Part shown: positions 8,663 through 17,500 of the stretch, piece after piece
How the letters are laid out: each line of letters begins with the position of its first letter
Numbering within the stretch: the stretch's first letter is position 1
Assembly (NCBI GenBank): GCA_035699865.1
Contig: DASSPC010000157.1
Location: forward strand, 1-37,333
Direction: 5' to 3'
Source of the DNA: Oryzihumus sp.
GTDB taxonomy: Bacteria > Actinomycetota > Actinomycetes > Actinomycetales > Dermatophilaceae
Length of the DNA: 37,333 nt
The notes under the pieces: model-generated
What the model saw: the letters and a program-made list of their open reading frames with translations, nothing else
Database searches by the model: none
What the model was told of the DNA's origin: nothing
Translations under genes and position numbers: made by a program

Positions 8663-11600
8663 TCAGGGCAGGGTGTTGCGGGTCGAGACGAAGCCGTCGA
8701 AGAAGGCGGTGCCCGCCATCGTCGAGCGGTTCGTCGAGGTGACGCCCTGGCCGACCCCGAGCAGGACGGTGTCGACGCGCAGACCACTGGTGTTGCCGGT
8801 GAGCGTGGTCTGCGCCGCGCCGTCCACCCGCAGGGTGAGCGCGCCCCGCGAGGCGCCGGTGGCCGGGCCGCTGAGCCAGTCGACCTGCAGGGTGTGGGCG
8901 CCGGCCGGGAGGGTGACCCAGGCGCCGGTGACGGCGACCTGCCCGGTCCGGGCCATCACCACGCGGATCTGCGCGGTGCCGCCGGTGCGGTGGAACTGCA
9001 GGGCGAACGTCTCCCCGCCGGCCGCCGCGCGGGCCTGCAGCAGCGTCAGCGTCGTCGACGCCGTCGTGCCGGAGGTCAGCGTGTTGGCGTTGAAGGAGAA
9101 CCGTGCGTGGTAGCCGGTCTCCGCGTCCGGGGTGGTGTCCGTGACCGTGGAGAGCCGGTTGGCCGACCCGCCGGGCAGGGTCACCTGCAGGCCGCGGTTG
9201 CTCCCGCCTACCGGTATGCCGGCCGCGGGGGTCACCGAGACCCCACCGGCGGAGGAGGACCAGGCCGAGAGCGTCCCGGAGTCGAAGCTGTCCGAGAAGA
9301 TGGCGTTCGGCCTGACCACGGTGACCGTCGTGCTCACCGCGTTGCTCCAGTTGCCGGCCAGGTCCTGCACCCGCAGGTTGAAGCGCTGCGCGCCCTGCGG
9401 GATGCCGGTCAGCGGCACGGTCACCACGATCTGGCCGGCCACCAGGCTCACCGGGAGCCGCGTGGCCTTGCCGGCCCCGGGGTCGGTGCTGCCGAGCCAG
9501 AACTCCGCCGCGGCGAACGAGGTCTCGTCGACCCCGGCGGTCAGGGTGACCGAGGCTGCGCCGTTGGTCGGGTTGGGCGAGGCGACGAGGCCGGACAGCA
9601 CCGGCGCCTTCCTGTCGACCGTGAGGGTCGCGACGTAGAGCGGGCCCCAGTTGCCGGCGGCGTCCTGGCCACGGACGGCCACCCGGTGCTCGCCGTCGGA
9701 CAGGGCCCGGACCTGCGAGAGCGGGATCAGGCCGTAGACGTCCTCGGTGCTCGAGTCCATCCGGCCGTCGGTGGCGACGAGCTGCAGCCCGGTGCCACCG
9801 GCCGGGGTGGCCGTCGTCGGGTCGAGGAACGCCTCGGCGTCCTTGAGCGGGCTCTGCACCGCGCCCTGGGCGTCGCGGTCGGTGATCCGCGCCGAGACCA
9901 CGAGGTAGCCGGGGTTGGCGGGGTCGCTGACGACCCCGTTGCTGGGGTTCGGGCCGACGCTGGCCGCCTCGACGCCCGGGCCGGTCAGGTCGACCGTGAA
10001 CGGGACGTCCAGGGTCGGGCCCCACAGGCCGAGGCTGTCCTTGCTGTGCACCAGCAGGTGGTGCACGCCCTCGCCCATGGCCGCGACGTCGGCCGCGGGG
10101 ACCGTGACGTCCTCGGAGACGACGGTCGCGCTGCGGTTGAGCGTCATCGCGTGGCCGGCGCCGTCGGCGCCGGCGGTGTCGACGAAGTACTCCGCCGCCG
10201 TGATCTTCCCGCCCGCGTCGGAGTCGTCACCTGTCGCGTTGAGGTCCACGCCGTCGGTGGCGTTGCTCGGGTTCGGCGACGCCGAGCCGTTGGTCGTCTG
10301 CGGGCCGGTCTTGGGCAGGTTGAGGACGGCCGAGCCCACCACGCCCCAGTTGCCGTTGGCGTCCTGCGCCCGGACGTAGACGACGTGCCTGCCGGCGTCG
10401 AGGCAGCTCAGCGCGACCGGTGTCGGCGTCGCCGTGCAGTCGGCCGTCGCCGGGATCGTGCCCTGGGCACCGGTGACCGTCACCGTGCCGAACGTGCCGG
10501 TCATCGGGCTGCCGAAGCCCACGCCGGTCGTCACGGCGTCGTCGACGACGAACTCCGCCTGCTGGACGGCCGCGCCGCCGGTGGTCGCGTCGCTGAGGTC
10601 CGCCGACACGGTGACCGGCGCCAGCCCGTCGGAGGGGTTGGGGCTCAGCGACACGTGCGAGGAGACCGGGCCGACGCTGTCGCCGGAGTCCGCCGGGGCG
10701 GCCGTGTCGAGGAACGTCAGCATCCCGCCGAACGCCAGCTGCGTCGGGTCGGCGGTGGTCTGGCCGTTGTTGTCCAGGTGCCCACCGGCCTCGAAGAGCG
10801 CGATCTTCGACTCGGGCCCGGTCGGCATGGTGACGATGCTGTCCATCGTCGAGCCCGGCTCGACCGCCTCGGTCACGGCCGGCTCGGCGTAGGCCAGCGG
10901 GTGCCCGTCCTGGGCGACCAGGGTCTGGTCCTGGCCGAGCAGGCTCATCGAGTGGGTCTGGCTGCCGACGTTGACGTAGCGCAGCAGGACCCGGTGCCCC
11001 TGGTCGGTGCTGACCGGGTCGGTCGACGGGAACGGCTTGCCGTTGATCAGCCGGTACTTCGGCGCGAAGTCGCGCATGTCGAACGTCGCCGGCGCCGCGT
11101 TCAGGGCCGGGTCGACCTCACTGAGCACCACGACGGCGTCGTCGTCGTAGCTCGTGCCGGACGAGCCGTAGGCGGTGCCGTCGGGGGCGAGCACCACGAG
11201 GGCCCCGGCCAGGCCCATCGCGACCTGGCGGGTGCCGTCGGCGGTGTGCCCGGCCTCGTACAGGTAGGTGCCGGGCCGGCCCGCGGTGAACGTGTAGGTC
11301 GACGTGCCACCGGCCGCTGTGCCGGACACCTCGGCCGTGGCCGACAGCCCCGAGGAGAACGCGGCGGCCGGCTGACCCGGGAAGGCCAGGGAGGTCGCCT
11401 CGTCGAGCTGGTTGTGCAGGGTGACGGTGACCTGGTCGCCCTGGTGGACCACCAGCAGCGGGCCGGGGGCGGTGGCCGACCCGGCCGCACCGGTGCTCGA
11501 GTAGCCCCAGATCGGCACGGTGCGGCCGAGCAGCGAGGTGGTGCCGGCCATCGCCCACAGGTCGCAGGAGACCGTGCCCGAGCCGGTGCAGCCCTGCCCG

Positions 11601-11839
11601 GAGAGCTTGCCTGCTGCTGCGGCGGGCACGGCCGTCGTGGCCCGGGCCGGGAGGCTCCTGGCCGCAGCCCTGGCCGGGGCGGCCACGGCTGGTCCCTCGG
11701 CGGCCGGTGCGACCGCACCGGCCGCGTCGGCCCGGGAGGCGACCACGGGTATGCCGAGCAGGCCCACCGCGGCGAGCGCCGCGATACGTCGTGCCCACCG
11801 GGGCGTGCGCGCCCGGTGACGGGGGGTGTTACGGGTCAT
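8663..11839 (-). CDS. MCO-C: two cupredoxin-like domains lacking canonical Cu motifs, four Ig-like repeats and a C-terminal beta-sandwich
   Basis: PGPLLVVHQGDQVTVTLHN, GTYLYE, RQVAMGLAGALVV and YRLINGKPFP (MCO framework) with no HxH or HCH; four PNPS/T...AE[FYA]...D..G.W repeats; signal peptide. ATG 11839 has an RBS; ORF track starts at 11848. Confidence 0.85.
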   Translation of the reverse strand: MTRNTPRHRARTPRWARRIAALAAVGLLGIPVVASRADAAGAVAPAAEGPAVAAPARAAARSLPARATTAVPAAAAGKLSGQGCTGSGTVSCDLWAMAGTTSLLGRTVPIWGYSSTGAAGSATAPGPLLVVHQGDQVTVTLHNQLDEATSLAFPGQPAAAFSSGLSATAEVSGTAAGGTSTYTFTAGRPGTYLYEAGHTADGTRQVAMGLAGALVVLAPDGTAYGSSGTSYDDDAVVVLSEVDPALNAAPATFDMRDFAPKYRLINGKPFPSTDPVSTDQGHRVLLRYVNVGSQTHSMSLLGQDQTLVAQDGHPLAYAEPAVTEAVEPGSTMDSIVTMPTGPESKIALFEAGGHLDNNGQTTADPTQLAFGGMLTFLDTAAPADSGDSVGPVSSHVSLSPNPSDGLAPVTVSADLSDATTGGAAVQQAEFVVDDAVTTGVGFGSPMTGTFGTVTVTGAQGTIPATADCTATPTPVALSCLDAGRHVVYVRAQDANGNWGVVGSAVLNLPKTGPQTTNGSASPNPSNATDGVDLNATGDDSDAGGKITAAEYFVDTAGADGAGHAMTLNRSATVVSEDVTVPAADVAAMGEGVHHLLVHSKDSLGLWGPTLDVPFTVDLTGPGVEAASVGPNPSNGVVSDPANPGYLVVSARITDRDAQGAVQSPLKDAEAFLDPTTATPAGGTGLQLVATDGRMDSSTEDVYGLIPLSQVRALSDGEHRVAVRGQDAAGNWGPLYVATLTVDRKAPVLSGLVASPNPTNGAASVTLTAGVDETSFAAAEFWLGSTDPGAGKATRLPVSLVAGQIVVTVPLTGIPQGAQRFNLRVQDLAGNWSNAVSTTVTVVRPNAIFSDSFDSGTLSAWSSSAGGVSVTPAAGIPVGGSNRGLQVTLPGGSANRLSTVTDTTPDAETGYHARFSFNANTLTSGTTASTTLTLLQARAAAGGETFALQFHRTGGTAQIRVVMARTGQVAVTGAWVTLPAGAHTLQVDWLSGPATGASRGALTLRVDGAAQTTLTGNTSGLRVDTVLLGVGQGVTSTNRSTMAGTAFFDGFVSTRNTLP
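9330..10680 (-). repeat. Four tandem ~110-130 aa Ig-like repeats in MCO-C (approximate bounds)
   Basis: Repeat ends: GRHVVYVRAQDANGNWG, GVHHLLVHSKDSLGLWG, GEHRVAVRGQDAAGNWG, GAQRFNLRVQDLAGNWS; each begins near a PNPS/PNPT motif. Confidence 0.75.
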
Positions 11840-11849
11840 CGCCCTCACC

Positions 11850-13148
11850 TCAGTTCGCCGGGCAGCCGTTGGGAGGGTCGATGCGGAAGACCGTCATCAT
11901 TCCCCCGAAGGTCGCCCCGTAGTTGGTGGCCTGCTGCAGCGCGTGGCTGTGCGCGACGTGGTAGTACTCGCCGCACTCGTTGTTGGACGTGATGTTGGCC
12001 GGGAGCGGGTTCTTCACGCCGAGGTACGGGCTCTCGCTGAACCACGTGTCCGAGCCGACGAGCAGCTGGTCGGTGATCGCCGGCACCTGGGTCGGGATCG
12101 GGTTCGTCGTGGGGTTCCAGTGCTCGACGTCGCGCCAGTCCATCAGCGCGTCAACGCTCTGCCCGGGCTCCACGTCGAGGTCGTACTTGAGGTACGACAG
12201 GTCCTGCCCGGCCGGGCCCTGCAGGGCGTGCCCGTCCTTGTTGACCACCCGCTCGTCGCTGCCGTGCGGGTGGAACGGGTAGTTCACCGAGCCGGCGTTG
12301 AGGTAGCGGATGACCGCAGGCAGCGGGTTCGTCACCGCGTCGTACGGCTGGATGTGGACCAGCGCGCCGTAGGGCTGGTTCGGCAGCCACGAGGCGTGGT
12401 TCGGCGCCAGGGTGTCGGGCATGCTGCGCCCGTTGATCATGTAGTAGCGGGCCCGGTAGCTGCTCATGTCGTAGGGCTGCCGCCGCTCGACCGCCAGGTG
12501 CAGGTCGGGGTCGACCTCCGAGAGCAGGAAGACGTACTCGTGCGCGGGGTTGAACCTCGAGTCGGCCCGGCCGTTGACCTGGTCGGGGTGGCCGGCCGGG
12601 CGCACGACGAGCGCGCCGTACAGCCCCATCTGGACCTGCTTGTCGACGTCGGTGCCGCTCTCGTAGAGGTACGTGCCGGGGCTGCCGGCGGTGAACGTGT
12701 AGGTCACCGAGCCGTCGTTCGCGGCGGCGGGCTGGACCAGGGAGGTCAGCGACCCGCCGGAGTCCAGCTGCGGCTGGGCGGGGTTGCCGTTGGCCTTCAC
12801 GCCCTTCTGGCCGGGGAAGACGATCGAGGTGGCCTCCGGCAGGGTGTTGTGCAGCACCACGGTGACCGGCTGCCCCTCGGTGACGCACAGGGTCGGGCCG
12901 GGCAGCTGGAAGTGCCCCCGGCTGTCGGCGTAGCTCCACATGTAGAGCGAGTTGCCGTCGGGGGTCGAGACGTAGCCGTCACCGGCGGTGAGCGAGAACG
13001 TCTGCTGGGTGTCGGTGAGGCACTGCAGGCCCTCGGAGGTGGCTGCCTGGGCCGACCGCTGGCTGGTCACCAGGGCGGTGACCGCGAGCGCGCCGACCAA
13101 GGCCGCGGCACCGGCCCGGCGCCGCACGGTGCGGGTGATGGGATGCAT
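11850..13148 (-). CDS. MCO-B: two-domain cupredoxin protein with HxH motifs only in domain 2
   Basis: Start MHPITRTVRRRAG (ATG 13148, RBS AGAGGAG); domain 1 TSIVFPGQ and GTYLYESGT have no His/Cys ligands; domain 2 has YPFHPHG and YHVAHSHALQQ. Confidence 0.88.
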   Translation of the reverse strand: MHPITRTVRRRAGAAALVGALAVTALVTSQRSAQAATSEGLQCLTDTQQTFSLTAGDGYVSTPDGNSLYMWSYADSRGHFQLPGPTLCVTEGQPVTVVLHNTLPEATSIVFPGQKGVKANGNPAQPQLDSGGSLTSLVQPAAANDGSVTYTFTAGSPGTYLYESGTDVDKQVQMGLYGALVVRPAGHPDQVNGRADSRFNPAHEYVFLLSEVDPDLHLAVERRQPYDMSSYRARYYMINGRSMPDTLAPNHASWLPNQPYGALVHIQPYDAVTNPLPAVIRYLNAGSVNYPFHPHGSDERVVNKDGHALQGPAGQDLSYLKYDLDVEPGQSVDALMDWRDVEHWNPTTNPIPTQVPAITDQLLVGSDTWFSESPYLGVKNPLPANITSNNECGEYYHVAHSHALQQATNYGATFGGMMTVFRIDPPNGCPAN

Positions 13149-13165
13149 CGGGTCTCCTCTGCCGG

Positions 13166-14431
13166 TCACGCGTTCGGGGCGGTCTGCGGGCCCAGGGTTC
13201 CGGCAGGGGAGACGACGATCTTCGTCATCATCCCGCCGTAGCCGGGGCCGCCGCCGTTGTCGAGGTAGGAGTACTTGCGGTCGTAGAGCAGGTACTCCCC
13301 CGGAGCCGGCGCCACGAAGATCACGTCGCGGCTCTCCCCCGGGCCCACGTCGACCGTGTTGGTGGTCAGGTAGTTGGGCGTGCCGTCGCGCCCCTTGAGC
13401 AGGCTCGCGTCCTTGGCGACGACCTGCAGGTCGATGTTGTCCACGGTCATCGCGTGGTTCTGGTAGCCGAGACTGGACAGGCGCAGCAGCACCCGCTCCC
13501 CGGCGTTGCACCGGATCAGCGACGAGATCGGTTGGTACTGAAGGCGTCCCGCAGCCGCGGAGTTCGGGTTGCCGTTCGCCGCGGTGGTGTCGGGCCAGGC
13601 ACGCCCGTTGAGCAGCCAGAAGCTGGGGTCGAAGTCGGTCCAGTCGCTGACCTGGATGTGCGCGTCGCGGTAGTGGGCGGCCGACCACAGCTCGGTGATC
13701 ATGAACGCGAACTCGCGGTCGTAGCGGGTCGAGCCGTCCCCGTCGTTGTAGGCGTACTTCGAGCCCACCGGGTCGCCGGCCACCGGCTGGCGGTTCTGCT
13801 GGGGGCGCACGAAGACCATGCCGGTCATGCCCATCTGCACGTGCTCCACGTCCTCGAAGTGGCAGTGGTACATGTACGTCCCGGCGTCGTGCGGCCGGTA
13901 GAAGTAGGACAGGTCGCGGCCGATCGGCACGGCCAGGGACAGCTCGGGGACGCCGTCGAACAGCGGGATCGCGTTGACGAAGCCGTGCCAGTGCAGCGTG
14001 TGGCCGTCGAAGAGGTCGGGCCGCTGCTGCAGGCCGAGGTTGGTCAGGGTGAGCGTCACCTCGTCGCCCTCGTCGAAGGACATCATCGGCGCGCTGATCT
14101 GCGCCTTGCCGCGCTGCGCCGCGACCTGCGTGGCGCTCATCCCGGTCACGTCCCGGAAGCCGAACACGTAGGTGTTGAACGGGCTCGGCGCCAGGGCGTC
14201 GGGGAAGAACGGCGGGTCGGCCGGTGCGTTGGGCGGCATGGACACCCAGCCGTCGGTGCCGACCAGGTGCACCGTCCTCTGCGGCGCGGCGGCTGCCGCC
14301 GGGCGGGTGGCTGCGCGGGCGACCGGGCTGTTGAGCAGCCGGGCGCCGATCAGGGTGGCGCCGGCGATCCCGCCGGTTCCAGCCAGGAACAGGCGGCGGG
14401 ACAGCGCCCGGGGCGATGCGTTCTCGGTCAT
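13166..14431 (-). CDS. MCO-A: Tat-exported two-domain MCO with type-1 Cu site and HxH/HCH only in domain 1
   Basis: Tat motif SRRLFL; DGHTLHWHG and GTYMYHCHFEDVEHVQMGM in domain 1; domain 2 equivalents are degenerate (NHAMTVD, GEYLLYDRK). Confidence 0.9.
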   Translation of the reverse strand: MTENASPRALSRRLFLAGTGGIAGATLIGARLLNSPVARAATRPAAAAAPQRTVHLVGTDGWVSMPPNAPADPPFFPDALAPSPFNTYVFGFRDVTGMSATQVAAQRGKAQISAPMMSFDEGDEVTLTLTNLGLQQRPDLFDGHTLHWHGFVNAIPLFDGVPELSLAVPIGRDLSYFYRPHDAGTYMYHCHFEDVEHVQMGMTGMVFVRPQQNRQPVAGDPVGSKYAYNDGDGSTRYDREFAFMITELWSAAHYRDAHIQVSDWTDFDPSFWLLNGRAWPDTTAANGNPNSAAAGRLQYQPISSLIRCNAGERVLLRLSSLGYQNHAMTVDNIDLQVVAKDASLLKGRDGTPNYLTTNTVDVGPGESRDVIFVAPAPGEYLLYDRKYSYLDNGGGPGYGGMMTKIVVSPAGTLGPQTAPNA

Positions 14432-14463
14432 CTCAGCTCCACATGAGGTGGGGGTGGCTTGGG

Positions 14464-14501
14464 CTCCGGCCGGTCCGTCGAGCGGGGCGGACCGGCCGGA
14501 G
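14464..14501 (-). terminator. Intercistronic stem-loop after the 1795-aa gene
   Basis: ctccggccggtccg (14464-14477) pairs with cggaccggccggag (14488-14501); no U tract. Confidence 0.6.
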
Positions 14502-14507
14502 GGTCTG

Positions 14508-17500
14508 TCAGGGGGTCAGCTGGTCCGATCCGGCGTCGTACCGGCTCCCGGTGCCGGGCCGGGGGTCGCCGTCGATGTCCCTCGGCGGCGAGGAGACCGT
14601 GTAGCTGAACCCGGTTGTCCCGCCCCACTGGACGACGGTGCTGGCGGCACCGCGTCCCCAGGCCGGGGACGAGGTCCCGGCGAGGTGGTAGTCGCCCATC
14701 AGCGTCGGCGGGAGGATCTCGGCGACGATGACCGCCTGGCGGAAGGCCGGGTAGGTCCTCGAGGCGAGGATGTTCACCGTCACGTCGAACGGGTCCTTCA
14801 GGCCGGGCGCCGAGGTGACGGTGGTGTTGGTCCCGCCATCGGTGCCGGTGGTGGACTCGATGACCGAGCTCACCGGGCTCAGCGAGCCGGCCGTGTCGAC
14901 CACGCCCATGTCCCACGGGTTGACGCCACCGCTGGTGCCGTCCGGCAGGGTGCCGCCGATCCCGTAGACCCAGCCGCCGGTGAACGTGCCGGCCCGGTTG
15001 TCGGAGAACACGTCGTCCAGGAGCGTGGGCTTGCTGAACGTGGTGGCCTGGAGGGTCGTCGAGCCGGGGAACAGCGTGGTGTTGCGCAGACGGGCCTGCA
15101 GCGGGTCGCTGTTGGCCGCGGTGGACAGCCCGGCCGGGGCCGGCTGGCCGTCGCTGGTCACCGCGGTCGCGGTGGTCAGGTTGCGGGTGATGGTGTTGTT
15201 CACGACGTTGACGAACACGGCGTCGTCGAGCGCGATGCCGCCACCCTCGTGGGCCGACACGTTGTTCGCGATCGTGTTGTTGGTGATCGAGATCGTCTCG
15301 GGGTTGTTCCGCGAGATGTGCGACCCGCTCGTCTGCAGGAGCCGGATGCCACCGCCGTCGTCGTTGGCCAGGTTGGCCTGGACCACGTTGGCGTCGATGG
15401 TGACCGGCCCGCTGCCCGCGGAGAGCTGCGTCGGGTTGGCCGGCAGCTCCCCGGCGACCATCACCGCGCCGCCCTCGTCGTAGGAGGCGTTGAACCAGAT
15501 GCGGTTGCGGGCGATGGTGCCGCCGGTGCTCCCGCCCGGGTTGGCGTTGTAGCCGAACGCCGAGAGCGCGCCGCCGTACTCCGCGGAGAAGTTGCCGCAG
15601 AGGGCGTTGTCGGTGACCTGGTAGCCGTCGCTGCCGGTGAACAGGCCGATGCCGCCGGCGAGGTTGGTCCCGCCGTTGTCGCGGATCTGGTTGTGCGCCA
15701 CCGTCAGGTCGTAGTTGCGGTTGTCACCGACGTACGGCGTGCCGACGCGGATGGCTCCGCCGTAGGAGCCGCCGTTGCCGCGGATCACGTTGTCGGAGAC
15801 CTGCATCGACCGCACGTTGTTGTGCAGGTAGATGCCGCCACCCTGGGTGACCAGCGCCCCGGCCGCGCCGTACGGCGTCTTCACGCCGCCGGTGATCTCG
15901 TTGACGTTGCCGGCGAAGTCGACCTGGGCGCCACCGGTGATGGTGAAGCCGTCCAGGCTGACGTTGCCGTAGCCGCCGGACGGACCGCTGGGGTCGTCCA
16001 GCACCGTGACCACCGCGGCGTCCGGGACAGCGGGGTTGCCGGAGTAGCGCAGGCTGCCGAGCAGGGTGACCCATGCGGTGCCGCTCGGGTTGTCCGGGTT
16101 GAAACCGGACCCGTCGAGGATCGACCCCGGGACGTAGGTCTTGTCGGGCAGGAACCCGCCGGGGCCGACGCCCTGGATGCGCACCCGGTGGTGCACGATC
16201 AGGTTCTCGGTGTACTCACCCTGCGGGTTCGCCGAGCTCTGGGCGTTCGGCCAGACGACCACCATCCAGTACGGCTGCGCCGAGGTGGGCCGTGCCGCCT
16301 CCAGCGCCGCCTGCACGGTGGAGAACTGCCTGCCCGGACCGACCTCGGCCAGCCGCGGGTTGCTCGCCGCCCGGCCCAGGGTCGACGTGGTGTTCGCCCC
16401 GAGCACCTGAAGAGTCAGGCCGTTCCAGCTGCTCAGCCCCGCGGCGTTGGTGATGTCGATGCGGGTGGCGCCGGCCGCGGTCGTCGACGGGACGGCGAAG
16501 ACGATCCTCGTGTCGCTCCACGAGGAGGTCGACACCGTGGTCCCGCCCAGCTTGAGCGTCCCGCTGCTGCCGAAGCCCGTGCCCGTGACCGTGACGACCC
16601 GGTTGTCGCCGGGCGTGCCCTGGCGGACGTAGGGCCGGTCGACCGCGAACAGCTGCGGCGTCGTCCCCCCGAGGTCGCACCGGGTGTCGTTGGCCGTGGT
16701 GGTGTCGGGAGCCAGCACGGTCGCCGCCACCTGCGTCGGCGCCTCGTCGGTGACCGTGTAGAGCCCCGGCCACGCCTGGAAGTTGGTGGCGATGGTCCGG
16801 AACCGGGAGTTGTAGTCCGGGTTCAACGCACCGGGCTGACCGGGGTCGTTGCCCACGAACCGGTACATGTTCGGGCAGGGCCCGGCCGGCACGGGGCAGT
16901 TGTACGTCGAGGTCGACGGCTCCAGCGCCTCGTAGAGGCCGTTGAAGTCGGTGTGGACGGTGTCCACCAGGCGACCCGACCAGTCGTAGAGCCCGACCGG
17001 GACGAACGGAAGGCCTTGCGCCTCACCGTAGTTGACGCTGCGCTTGTCGAGCGTGAGCCCGAGGTCGTTGAGCGTCAGGCCCCAGAAGTGCGTCGGGATC
17101 GGCACGTCGGTGAACAGGTTGAAGTTCGGCGCCGTGGCCTGACCGGAGCGCACCGTGACGAGCTTGTCGGTGCACAGCGGCCGGTCGTACCCCTCGAACG
17201 GGCTGCCGCCGCCGTCGGCGAAGTCCTGGTTGGTGACGTGCACCGTGTGCAGCGGCCCGGCGCAGGGCGAGATGATGCCCGCCTGCTGCGACGGCGGCTG
17301 CGACGGCTGCTTGGGCGACTTCTCCGGCGGCCCGGCCGGGTCGGAGGCCGCGGCCGGGGTGGCCGGCGGGTAGTTCTCCTGCGGCAGGTAGCTGTCGCCG
17401 GAGAAGACGTTGACGTCCTCCTCCTTGGTGACCTGGTACATCGGCTTGCCGTCCACCGGGTCCTTGGGGATGTCGACGGAGACGATGTAGTCGATCGGGG

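Noticed and set aside
11850-13688. 612-aa version of MCO-B in the ORF track
   Set aside because: The extension overlaps MCO-A out of frame; ATG 13148 has an RBS and signal peptide.
13166-14431. Copper nitrite reductase (NirK) or stand-alone small laccase
   Set aside because: Domain 1 has HCH (oxidase type) rather than the NirK YHC-A/x pattern, and domain 2 lacks the His motifs needed by either homotrimeric enzyme.
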